Shown: positions 12,477 through 24,766 of the stretch, piece after piece
Numbering within the stretch: the stretch's first letter is position 1
Layout: each line of letters starts with the position of its first letter
Assembly (NCBI GenBank): GCA_964252035.1
Contig: OZ176200.1
Source of the DNA: Podarcis erhardii
Lineage: Eukaryota
DNA length: 64,000 bases
Strand: one strand, 5' to 3'
Program-made: the position numbers and the translations under genes
Notes under the pieces: generated by a model
Told to the model about the DNA's origin: nothing
Databases searched by the model: none
The model's input: only the letters and a program-made list of their open reading frames with translations

Positions 12477-14493
12477 GGCATAAAAATCGGCGTGCAAGAA
12501 CACAAATTGAAAACATATGCAGATGACCTTATGTTGTCATTGGAAGAACCAAAGGAGAGCATCGGCAAAGTTATAAAATTACTGGAAGAATTTGGAAAAC
12601 TATCGGGATTTAAATTGAACAGGGAAAAAACTAAAATAATGACTAAAAATATGAAAGAAGCTACCAAAAATGAGCTTGAGAGACAAACTGGAATTAAAAT
12701 AACTAAAAAAGTAAAATACCTTGGAATTTGGATAACTATGAAAAATATAAATTTGATGGAAAATAATTATAAGAAAACATGGAAAGAAATAATGAAGGAC
12801 TTGGATACATGGAACAGATTACATCTCTCGTGGATGGGTAGAATGGCGGCGATTAAAATGAGTTTATTACCCAAATTACTCTTCTTATTCCAGAATATTC
12901 CAATAATTAGGGGAATTGCAATATTTAAAGAATGGCAGAGATTACTTTCTAAAATTATTTGGCGGGGAAAAAGACCCAGAATCAAATTTAAATTGCTTAC
13001 AGATCAAAGAGATGGGGGGGGGGGTCTTGCGGTTCCAAATCTGAGGTTATATTATGAGGTCGCATGCCTTTGTTGGGTAAAAGATTGGATCGTCATCAAA
13101 AATAAAGAGATGTTAGACCTAGAGGGGTTTAACTTTAAGATTTGGTTGGCACGCCTATCTATGGCGAGACAAGGGAAGGGTCCATAAAGGTTTTTCTAAT
13201 CATATCTTCAGAGGGCCACTACTGGAAGTCTGGGAAAGGAATAAAAAATTGCTGGAGCAGAAAACGCCCTGGTGGCTATCACCAATTGATATTTTAACAA
13301 TTAAAAAATCAAACATTGAGGGGGAACGATGGACATATGAGGACCTACTAACTAAAACAGAATCCGGGTGGAGGATTAGACCATATGAAGAAATAAAAAA
13401 TAAGTTGACTGGTTGGATTCAATATCATCAAATAAATTCAATGTGGACGGAAGACAAAAAGATTGGAATAAATAAGAAAAAATCTAGATTCCAGATTGAA
13501 ATAATAGAAAGTAAAACAAAATTACTATCAAAAATGTATAACCAGTTGCTTGAGTGGGACACCAAGGACGAGGAAGTAAAGGAGGTGATGGTGAAGTGGG
13601 CGGTAGATCTAGGGTACAATATAGAGTTTGATAAATGGAAGGCTTTATGGTGTAAAGATATGAATTATTCAGCATGCACGACACTCAAGGAAAATATGTA
13701 CAAGATGATGTACAGATGGTACATAACGCCGATAAAATTGCATAAAATTTATAGAACAGGCGATAAATTGTGTTGGAAATGTAAGAACAAGGAGGGCGAA
13801 TTCTTCCACATGTGGTGGACGTGCGAGATTCTCAAGAAATTCTGGGAATCTATTTATAATGAATTAAAAAAAATTCTTAAATATACGTTCATCAAAAAAC
13901 CTGAAGCCTTCCTGCTGGGGATAATTGGGAAGTATATTAAAGAAGAAGATAGGACCTTTCTTCAATATGCAACAGCGGCCGCTAGAACCCTCATAGCACA
14001 GTACTGGAAAACACCAAAAATCCCAACATTAAAGGAGTGGCAATTTAAATTATTAGACTACTTAGAATTGGCAAAATTGACACAGAAAATAAGAAATCAA
14101 AAACGTACAAAATTTAGTAACGAATGGGATAAATTTAGAACATACATGGAAATAGAGACAAGGGGAAAATCAAAATGTTAATCAGAAATATATAGGTATC
14201 AAAAAAAAAAATCACAGTAGGCATGAGATAACGCTTACTACGTTATAAATTTCATTTTGGAATAGATATAGCAGATAGATAACTAAGATAACATTATCCG
14301 AAATCGAGATAAAGGGAAGTCGATCAATGTTGTTGTAAAATTAATGTTAAGTTGTGTTGTTTATGTTGTATGTATTGTATGTTTTTCTCTTTCTTTTTTC
14401 TTTTTTATGTTTGTTTTATTTATTTTTGTCTTTTGTATGTCTGTGAAATATATTTATGCAAAACTTAATAATTTTTTTTTTTTTTAAAAAAAA
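12477..14493 (+). mobile_element. 5'-truncated L1-clade LINE (ORF2 RT C-terminal half, 3' UTR, poly(A))
   Basis: Begins at GIKIG-VQEHKLKTYADD (RT catalytic motif), continues KYLGIWIT, GGLAVPNLRLYY, and a C-terminal CWKC...HMWWTC zinc-knuckle-like motif. Stop at 14181, then a T-rich 3' UTR and an A-run at 14486-14493. No clear TSD found. Confidence 0.92.
12492..14181 (+). pseudogene. L1 ORF2 remnant split by one frameshift near 13135-13145
   Basis: ORFs 12492-13187 and 13249-14181. The alternative frame after ...LEGFNFK reads FGWHAYLWRDKGKVHKGFSNHIFRGPLLEVWERNKKLLEQKTPWW, which joins the second ORF. Confidence 0.85.
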
Positions 14494-17400
14494 GAAGAGT
14501 GGACGTACCAGTACAGCTTAAATTGAATACCTATCTTCTCTCCTTAATTTTAAAGGAATTTAAAATGAACAATTAAAATTAAGCCACAGCAAACTGCATT
14601 TTATGACCTTGCCCTGCTGAAGCTGTCTCACCATTTGGAAGTAACACCTTTGTTGCCACTTAGCTTTGCTCTTGAAATGAATGGATAAAAGCTGTTTTTA
14701 AAATATGAATAAATCCTAGAACTTCTAGAAGTGTGGCATGACAGGGGTTCTGCAAGGACTGTTCTGTTTGCCCACCAAACTCAACATTTCCCTCAGTTTC
14801 TAACTTTTTCTTAGTTAGCTGTGACTAAATAAGTTATCTCAGCCCTCCAAGACCAAAGTGTTAAAGTGCAAAGCTGTCTGCAATAAACGGTTGGCTTCCT
14901 CAGTCAAGCAAGTGGTACATTAATTTTCATTGTTGCAGCAGGACTGGCTGTTCCATGGCACTCCTCATCTGTATTTCATTAAGTCACATTCTAGGATGTA
15001 ACATTGCAAGTTTGGAAATGCAGAAACAGTTCAAGGATTTGATTCTATTTGTTGTTTCAGTCCAACAGACCTTTGATCTGAAATGTTCAGATGTGCCAGG
15101 CTGTTCCACTTGAGCCACCTTTACCCATTGTCAGCATAATAATAACCCTTGTTATCAAGTTGTTTGAATTAATTCTCTCGCATTGGTAAAAGGAAGCTAT
15201 AATTTCACAATACTTAGGAAACACAGTATTCACTGCTACAGAGAATGTGCCTGATGATTTACTAGCAACACTACATCCTAAGTACATGGTTCAGTTATTT
15301 TGTGCCATTGGCTCAGCTGAAAAATAATGAAATAATAATATAATGTGCTTATATAGGACCCCAGCATGAAGGTTTTTTGGCACTTCACAAATATAGCCCA
15401 AAACATATGGCAGATTGCCTTCAAAATTCCTGGGCTAACAAGTTGGAAGGGAACAGGAAGAATCCCAATAACCCAAAAATGAAACAGAACTGAACTTTCA
15501 ATATGTTATATTGTAAGGGAAATATTTAAACATTAAATGTAAATACATACACCACAATTCACTACTTGAATAGCTTGTGAGACATTCAGAAGTCTAGAGG
15601 GACAAGAATGCTCTAAAATGATATTTTGCAGGGTACCGCTGGCATTGGCCAGCATGCTGATTATACCACAAATCTGGAAAACTGGCAAATTTAGGGAAAC
15701 TTTAGATGTTCTTCCAGCTATGTGGAAGGTGCTTATCTGTATGCAGAATGTTTAAAATTGCTAACCACCTGGCCAAGTTATGTGAGTCTTTCCACAGAAT
15801 TGGCAACTCTCTACGGGGTTCCGATTCCATGGGAAAGACCTACATAAATGGCTCTCTTCCATGTGGGTGGATCATTTAATTCCCCCTGCCCCTGGCTGTA
15901 TGAGAGCTGCTCATAAATAAGCAGTATTCACACAAATAAGACAAGCCATCTCATAGGCAATAAGCACGATAATTTCACCTCATCCCCACCTAAAGTGTGG
16001 TGAAATCTGCCTTATGATTTGGGAGAATGATCCAGATTGCCTGGGATGAGAGAGACTTCCCTAGAGTAGTTTTATTGCTTGTATAGTCAGTCTCTTTAGC
16101 TATGCAACAGTAGGGTGAAAGGGTTGTAAAATAGTTATGTCGATGTGACAATCACCTGTTCTAACCTCTCACTGAAATGGGTTGTACCACTTCAGATCAT
16201 GGTGGGGAAGGTCTCATAACTGAATGTTGCTTGATAGTAAAAATAATAATAAATAAATAAAAGGGCCCCTCATAACTTTAGTTCACCCATCAACCATGTA
16301 TACATAATATGTAACAAACAATTCTGTAATAATATATCGTCAATTTTCATTTATTTTTCTTTTTTTAAAAAAAGCTGAAGAATGCTAAAATTGGGGTAGA
16401 GAGTCAGCTCTACACTTTTTGTTTCCTGCTATAAATTGCTTCTCCACTTTTTGTCCACCTGCAAGCAAAAGACTAGAAGCCCCTAATTATTCTTATTGAA
16501 ATAGAAGGGACAGTGGAGTGATTTTAAGCAGACAGCTGGCAGGATTGAAAATGGCTAAGCACGTCCATGTACCCACTGCCCCACTGATCCTCATCTCAGC
16601 CTCCCACAGCTACTTTTTGATGGGGCAGGGGAGGACCAAAAAATTCATTTGGAATAATAATGGAATTTCCAGTCCTATATAGTCATGCCCTCACTCTTGC
16701 TACCTTTTTAAACTGATAAATGCCATTAACAAGTTCTTTGTTTTTCTTCAAGTGTTAATTGATGTAAGCAAAGGCTGCATTACACCAAATCCCTCTGAAG
16801 CTTATTAAAATTAGAGATCTGCCAGATTATTCTATAGCAGGTTGAGAAGCAAGTGAACCATTGGATCCAGTTGTTCAAAAATAGCATAGGCTATATATAT
16901 ATGTTTGTGTATGCAGTTTGTTTGTTTGTTTGTTTTCAGGGTCCAGTGGCAGCAAGGCATTGAAACAAATTTAAAACAAAACAAAAAATTCAGTACTAAT
17001 GACTATACTTGAATATATTTTTCAAATTACATGGGCTGGCATATTTATGGAAGAATTAAAAATAAGGAAATAATTTCACAATGGGCATCTTAGATGGTTG
17101 GTTTAATGATTATATTTTATTATGCTGTTGTTGGTCTGGTTGAAGTTACATGTTTTGGAATTTTAGTCTTTTTCTCATCAGTACCGTCACAAATCAAAGT
17201 GTTCTGGACCTATGAGGCCATAAATGACTCAATACAGCACAATGATCTGGGTCTGAAATTGCTCTTATATGAGTGGAAGGCAATTCTTTGGAAGCAAGGA
17301 ACCGCCCTCCCCTCCCCATTTCTGCAGAACCCCTCACCCCACTACAGCATGCCATGTCACAGCCCTGCATAATTTTGATGGGTGCCCTGACCCTTAGGAA

Positions 17401-17517
17401 CAGTCTTTGGAAGGGTGCAGGAGGCTGCAGTGAAGACAAGGGGGCGATCATGTTTAATTGGACCAGACCCATATCAGCGCCATTCCTTCCTGTTGCGATC
17501 TCTAAAATCCAACAGAA

Positions 17518-17755
17518 GTGTGCCGTTGTGGTTAAGAGACTGCACTGCAAATCAAGAAGTCCCAGATTTGAATCCATTATCTGCCATAAGCATATCAGGT
17601 GGCTTGAAGCAAACCACTGAGCCACAGCCTGCCATCTACAATATTGGAATAATTATACTGTTCTGCCTTAACAGGTTTGTTTTAGGGATTATAACAAGAT
17701 AATGTACGTGCACTTTTCTGAAGACTCAAGTGCTGTAAAATGTTAATTATTATTT
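17518..17755 (+). mobile_element. Old tRNA-headed CORE/MIR-like SINE
   Basis: A-box-like GTTGTGGTTAAGAG, B-box-like GATTTGAATCC, MIR-like body and A/T-rich tail. Degenerate. Confidence 0.5.
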
Positions 17756-17812
17756 TTTCTCGTCACAATATTCTTCCTGGGCTATGTTTGGACAGCAAGA
17801 ATGCTTTCAGAA

Positions 17813-18170
17813 TATAAGAACGTAAGATGAGTCTGTTGGATTGGGCCAATGGCCCATCTAGTCCAGCATCCTGTTCTCACACTGGCCAACTGGAGCCTGC
17901 AAAGTGGACATGAGCACAACAGCTCTCTGCTCACCTGCAGTTCCTAGCAAATGATAATCAGAAGCATAATGCCTCTAACAGTGGAGGTAGAACATAGTCA
18001 TCATGGCTAGTAGTCATTGGTAGCCTTGTCCTCCACAGATTTGTCTAATCGTCTTTCAAAGCCATCCAAGTTGGTGGCCACCACTGCCCCATAATTTAGC
18101 TAATCCCATATTTTAACTATGTGCTGCATGAAGAAGTACTTTCTTTTATCTCTCCTGAATCTGTTAATAC
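17813..18170 (-). mobile_element. Old CR1 LINE 3' fragment
   Basis: ATAAGAACGTAAGA tail followed by GGCCCATCTAGTCCAGCATCCTGTT, typical of the reverse-complemented 3' end of old amniote CR1. Confidence 0.7.
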
Positions 18171-19071
18171 CATTAATGCCAAGTCTTAAATATTATTTGC
18201 TAGGAGAGTTGCCAAACCTAAACCGGAGCATCTTTCAGGAGTTATGTACATACACGTCTGCCTTTGTAGCAACTTTTTCTTAAGGGAGCGTGTGATAGCT
18301 GGAAAAGAATGGGCTGGAACAGTAATTTATAATTAAAATGGTAGCACGAAACAAAAGCGGTAGGATGTGTTCTTTATGTGGAAATGTAACCCTTGACCAA
18401 ATTCACACGCTTTGTGAGAACTTGAGAATATTCACAATGCAAAGCTTGATGACTCCCCATAGCTCTACTTGTCTGTACCCCTGACCAGAATAGAAAAGCT
18501 CAATTTGGAGACGTTCTTGAAAAATGAAGTGTTGGTGTTAAGCAGTATGTCTGATGTCCCTGATTCCAAATATAAATATACAGAGAATATGTATCTCCGT
18601 TATGGCTGTTTTGTAAGTCAGGGACTGTCTTTTGAAGGAGAATGGATGCCTTGGGGTACAGCATCAAATAATGAAGAGCTGGCTAAAAACAAATCAACAA
18701 ATGATGCATGGCTTTATTTGTGATCATGTGGCATGTTTTGTATGCATTGTGATTTCTTCCACATAACACATTGTGTTTGTCTGAGTGATGACATCTGATG
18801 CCCTCAACCACCATTGCAAATCAAGGTTTAGGCAGACTGCTCCAGATGTGCACTGTAAGATCACTATCCTGAAGCACAATGCTCTTCTCTTCCCATCTGT
18901 AACAATATTTAACATTAACATGTCAGTACCCATTACGATGAAATTATTTCCTTTCTCATCCTCCTCATTGTCCGCAACCATCAATACTTTTTTTGTAGTT
19001 AACAAAATATGCACCATGAAAAAGTTTTCCTTCTTTAAATCATGATGTGAAAGTATATTCTACTTTAGTAG

Positions 19072-19072
19072 G

Positions 19073-19117
<45 letters not shown>
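19072..19117. repeat. (GTT)n microsatellite
   Basis: Direct trinucleotide run; it produces the poly-Cys ORF at 19047-19229. Confidence 0.95.
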
Positions 19118-19118
<1 letters not shown>

Positions 19119-20756
19119 ATTATGTCATTATCAGTTAAAATACTACTCATTTTTTGTGTTAAAAAATGTATGTTGTATTTGTTTATGCCCAATTCAAACA
19201 TACTGCTGTGGTATGATGGGTGCTTTTAAATGGTTGGGACTCTGCATTGACACCTGCAACTTATGTGGATGGTTAATGTGATAAGTTCCTTAGGAAAGAT
19301 GGTTCTCCTGTGGTACCTTGCATATGATCTACTCAAACCAGGTTGTTGCCAGTTGAAGTGTCACTGTGTAGCATGGATGGAACTTTCCCCCCAAAAGAAA
19401 GTGGTGATGCTGCTGCAATAAGTATACAAGAATTGAGGTACAATTGATTTTTTATTCTTCCAGAGCAGCATCACCAATAGCTAGGCTTTTCTCCCCCATC
19501 TGTTAGTACTAATAGGACTCTTGGGGCTGTTCAGTTGATATCTAAAATGTGGTTGAGATATTCTTTTTCTGTTTGTGAGGGAAAGGCCTAAAGATAATCT
19601 AATCAATGTGCAGCAAAGCAAGCTGAAGCCACTGAATTGCATATAACTTCTGATATTAACCCAATTCGGCAAACTCTATTGGGATGTTTGTTTCTATTAG
19701 GATGGACACATTCACACAGTAGTCATGTTAGTACCCTTTTCAAGTGGAATGGAATTGCTCACATTAGTCTTATAAAGTCCCGACTAAAAAGGGAAATGAC
19801 ATTTTGACCCTTCCAAAAGGATATGGCCAAAATTGACAACTTTATCAGAGAGGCAAGATGTGTGCTGATGAAACAGAGCATACACAAAGGTTACATTTGT
19901 GCCATCAACATCAGTAGCGTTTGAAAAAGCTAATCAGCCTAATAATTCTCAACATGGATCAGTGCAAACTGAACTGTTACTTTCAACTTAGCAGTATAAA
20001 GGCAATTTAAAGAAATCAGACTTACCATCTGTTAATGCTTGACTTTCTCTATAAGCCGGGATGACATGAGAAAATGATGAAGGGAAAAAGAATCAAGCAA
20101 AATGTATATGGGACTAGTTCAAACACTGTAGGCAAGTCAGTGCAACTTGGTACACTATTAGCCATATCCATTTCAAAGAGATAACAAAGGACTTCTTCCA
20201 ATGCTTTCTGCAATCAGGACAAGGAAACTTCTGGATCTAAACATATTTTTATCTCAGCAGTATACCTTATCATTGTTTTGGGTTATTGTCTGGAGAAGGA
20301 GAATTCCTTTGCAATCAAAAATCTTGATCTTAAAAATTCTGTTCTTCACTATGATATGGCAGTATTAGCTGCTCCTTGAAACATCAGTTCAAAACAGATT
20401 TCAAGAAGCAACTGTGAACAAAGCAAACAAATCCCTATCAGCCAGGATTTGGCTTCATTTGTGCCCTAGCTTTAGTACTAGAGCTTAATCTTGAAATGTG
20501 TAAAGTGAGATACATTGCCTAGATATCACCTAAAGAAGAGTAGCCTCATAGCCATTTTAGCATCCTTTCCGGATTGTTTCTCCTGGGGTTTTTTTCCCTT
20601 TCTATACTGGCCTGTAGAAAAGAATCGGTCTTTCCAACAAATTAGTCCTGCTAAGATAATATAGCACAGTTGTCCTGTTAAAAGATTTACGTGGCCAGTT
20701 AACTTTTTACAGCTAGGACTATATTATGAAAGAATCAATTGGATATTACCAGTTTT

Positions 20757-20760
<4 letters not shown>

Positions 20761-20818
<58 letters not shown>

Positions 20819-20826
20819 TGTGTGTG
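20761..20826. repeat. Compound (TC)n(TG)n microsatellite
   Basis: Visible directly in the sequence. Confidence 0.95.
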
Positions 20827-23079
20827 GTGTTTGATCAGTTCACATTTTAATGCAAACCTTACCTAAATCACAACTCCTGAATCAATAGGCAAATTGCAAT
20901 GTAGCTATTTTTCAAAATGTGCACTTGAATTTTGCAATGCAATTCTTCAACCACAAAATGCATATACAGAAAGGTTTGGTCTGATCATATGCAGAACACC
21001 AATCTCTCACCATCAGTAAATGCATCTGGGACTGGAATGAGTTTTAGGCACCATGTGTTAAATAAGGCTGTCAACCTTTGAACATTATCTGTTTCACTAT
21101 ATCTAACTCATCCTTTTTCTTCACAAATGCAAGTCAACAGCACACCTATTTCTAGAGTGTTGTTGCCATTGCTGATCAAAATGTTCTGCCATAAAACTGA
21201 CCCAGTTTATTTTAAATCTCCCGAGAGGTTAGTTTGAATCTATGAGGATCCAAATCCGTAAGGCAGAAACTCTGCCCAATCCCTTGCTGGTGAGTCAGAC
21301 TGCCTGTCTATGCTTGGCATCATAGATGGCCTGTATCAAGTCTGATGTACCTGTATGCTGTCATAGTTCCTCAGTTCATACAAGGTCATGAACAGAGAAT
21401 TTACACTTACGTTATTCCACAGTATTTTCTGCATACTGGGTCTTCTTCATCAACTAATGTTATTGAGGCAGCAAGGAGATCAATGCAGTGTAAATGCACT
21501 AGAAAGTGCACTGGATTGGTTTTCCCAGTGCATTTGCACCCCAGTGACTTCCCAATTGCCTTCCTACTCCCAGTAAACAGCAGCAACTCAGCTGTCAGGA
21601 GTAGACCGGTGAAATCCACTACCCCATCATGCTGTCTACTACTAAGTATTGACCAGGAGGTCCTGTTGAACTAAATAGTGAAGAAACAGAATAAATTAGG
21701 GACCCTATATTGGACAACAATAAACCTAAAGCAGCACTAGTTGGAGGTGAGTGTAGCAGCAGAAGGGAGCTGTAGCAGAATATAGTCAGCATTACTTGAT
21801 AATGAACTGCCAATGAAGAGTTGGGCAAAAAAGATTCCTGCATTGCAGGCATCATTACCAGACCACCCTTTCCAACTCTACAATTCTATCTGAAGTCTCA
21901 CTCATGCTAAGAACTACAATGCACAGTGTTGGTTGACAATGTTAGTTGATGAAGAAGGCACAGCAGACAGAAAGTACTATACTTGGATTGACTATGCTGG
22001 TGTATTTACACCATGTTGCCCTCCCACCCTCCCCCTCACCTCTCAGTGAGCAGCAGCAGCTTAGTGGTCGAGAGGTCATGTAGCCATAAAGATAGACCTA
22101 AGATGAAATATCAGTGATTAATGGATCTGATGAGATAATAGTATCTAACACTAAAATAAAATCAATAAATGGGTATCTTAACTCCAACCAAATCAAGTTA
22201 ACATAACCATTTGGGTGAAAAGGTTACCAGAATATTGCGAAGATACGACTTGCCTCACCATGGATTTTACAGAGAAAGTGGGAGGGAATGTTGAAATTGA
22301 TGGGTAAAATATTGGGGAAAGCCACCTTACAGCAGCTATTCAACCTCAGAAATGGTCAAGGAGGGGCACAGAAAGATTGGTAACACTGTGCTGGGAAAAG
22401 TTATGTCAGCTGATATTCTGTGTTCCTCATAACTAAAAGTATCCAAATCTCCATTTTGAATGGGGTTAGCAGCACCATTCAAGAAAAATGTCCCGATCGC
22501 TTCATAGTTAAATTTTGTAGTTCTTCTGTCTTTAGTTGACATTTAGAGAAGTTTGTAATAAAATCTGTTGACTCCTTTGTGTGTAAAGAAGGAACAGAGG
22601 AATAAGTAGCACTACTGTGATCTGCAGTTTTGTATTCATGCCAGTGGGGCTTAATTTCATGCAACCTCTTTATACAATAAAATCAACTCAATCCCAAGCA
22701 TTCCATACATAAAAATGTGGTATATTTAAATATTTATCCTGTTAATCAGTCTATCAACAATGTCTCTTTAGGTCTTTTCAAACAAAGTAATACCATAGTA
22801 GACGATTTAGAAATAAGAAAAGGGGGGGGGGGGAATCACATACAAAATAAAGAGAATAAACATGAGTACCTTAAGGTAAAACCTAGTGAGGACTCCTTTA
22901 TAGTTCTAAACCTGCTGGTCCGGATAATGATCAAAGGCTATGAAAGTCTCATATTCTATACTACTTAGCCATGCCTGCTTAAAAACATCTAAGGGGAACA
23001 TGCATCAGAAATGCATTTCAAGAGAGGTAAACCTCTGCTTAGGATTTTTATGGGTTGTTGGTTTTTTTCTTTCTCCCTT

Positions 23080-23690
23080 CTCATAATACCAGAACCTAGG
23101 GTCACCCAATGAAACTGAATTCAGAATAGGCAAATTCGCACAGCACATAGTTATGGAATGTGGTACTACAAGATGTCATGATTGTCACCAACTTAAATAG
23201 ATTTGGAAGTTAAATTCATGGAGGTTGAGGTTATCAATTGACACTAGCCATGATGGCGATGGCTATATGCTACACCCTAGGATCAGAGGCAGCATGTCTC
23301 TGAATACCAGTTGCTGAGAAAGAAGAGTGGGAGCAACCTGTGTGGCTCTCACAATCTGCTTGTAGGTTTCCTATTGACATCTAATTGGTCACTGTGGGAG
23401 AAGAAGAAGAAGAGGAGTTCGGATTTTTTTTATCCCACTTTATCACTACCCCAAGGAGTCTCAAAGCGGCTAACAATCTCTTTTCCCTTCCTCTCCCACA
23501 ACAAACACTTGGTGAGGTGAGTGAGGCTGAGAGACTTCAAAGCAGTGTGACTAGCCCAAGGTCACCCAGCAGCTGCATGTGGAGGAGCAGGGAATCGAAC
23601 CCAGTTCACCAGATTATGAGTCCACCGCTCTTAACCACTATACTACACTGGCTTTGATCTAATCCAGCAGTGCTCTTCTTACATTTTTGT
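23080..23690 (+). mobile_element. Old CR1 3' fragment interrupted by a SINE
   Basis: AGGGTCACCCAATGAAACTG...GGCAGCATGTCTCTGAATACCAGTTGCTG...GGTCACTGTGGGA [SINE] TTGATCTAATCCAGCAGTGCTCTTCTTACAT. Confidence 0.65.
23399..23653 (-). mobile_element. Full-length Squam3-like SINE with tRNA head and (CTT)n tail
   Basis: Minus strand reads AGCCAGTGTAGTATAGTGGTTAAGAGCGG (A box)...GGGTTCGATTCCC (B box)...CTCCTCCACATGCAGCTGCTGGGTGACCTTGGG...(CTT)n. Confidence 0.85.
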
Positions 23691-23714
23691 TGGGTCTTAG
23701 AAGGTATCACAGGT

Positions 23715-24052
23715 TAGTGCTGCCTTACATCTGGAAAATCCTGGACATGGCCAGGATTTGGCACCTGAAAATGGTGTCTAGGCGGAATTTTCAATTCCCG
23801 TTGTAAATGTCCACTTTCTCAGAGAACCATTCATTATCTCCCTCCCTCCCCAACCCTGAAGCCTTACTAAGCCGAGCCATGTTGAAAGCCAAGGCACAAG
23901 GCAGGAAGGTGTGCATGAGAGGGAGCTTTGGTCTGGCTGGAAACTTTGTGAATTCTCCTTGCACCCCTCAGTTCCCAGCCAAGCGGATCCCCTGGTCATG
24001 AGGGATCCAGCCAAGAGGGCGCCCTGTGCATGCCAGCCTGTGTGTTTGTGTG

Positions 24053-24094
<42 letters not shown>

Positions 24095-24766
24095 GTAAGA
24101 GAGAGAGGGAAAGAGTAGGAGGGAGGGACCCGAGAGACAAGCAGCCACCTCTCAGCACCTGATTGTCATGGCTGCTTGATCCAAGCCCCCCCAGAAGAAT
24201 ATCAGTAGGAGCCTGCCCCCCCTCTCTGGCTCCCTCCCCTTCCTCCCCTAGTGCACCACCTCTGCAACCCTTGTCTCCCCTCTCATCTTCCATCCAATGA
24301 TCCCTCCCCCCCACTACCCTTGTTCTGCCTTTTGAGGGGCTCCCTCCAGGAAATGCGGGTATATTTGGCCCAGGGAGACCCACCTTTCCTTCAAATGATA
24401 CGTAAAGATTTAATTCTCCCTCTCCCTCCTTCACCCACATCTCACTGGTCTCCCTGAGTTTCCCCCCGAAACAGGTTTTCCTCTTGCTGAAATTTCTGAT
24501 GCTTGCCCTCCCTTTCTCTGCTGCTGCTTTCCCTTGCCCCCACCCCAGCCTCACACCATTGCATGGCTTTTTCAGTCCTTTGTCTCCTGCCTCCTGTCTG
24601 AACACCGCCCCCAGCACCCTCTCGTCCTCCTCCAGATCCCTCTTCCATTCTCTCTCTTTCTCTCGTCCCCTCCCCAAGGGAAGGGAGAAGCAACCAGGTC
24701 TCACTTTGGAAAAGAGTGCCAGGGCTGTGGGAGCATATAAGAGCCCTTGGAAATATGGCAACCTTA
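23715..24766. mobile_element. Non-autonomous hAT-type DNA transposon, 1052 bp
   Basis: Perfect 8-bp TSD TCACAGGT at 23707-23714 and 24767-24774. Termini TAGTGCTGCCTTACATCTGGAAAATCCTGGACAT and GAAATATGGCAACCTTA are homologous to the ends of the MITE at 54085-54229. Confidence 0.8.

Noticed and set aside
19047-19229. Poly-cysteine ORF
   Set aside because: Produced by a (GTT)n microsatellite.
22331-22664. Overlapping minus-strand ORFs near a GTAAGG donor
   Set aside because: The protein-like frame stops before the donor, and no consistent acceptor or frame was found.
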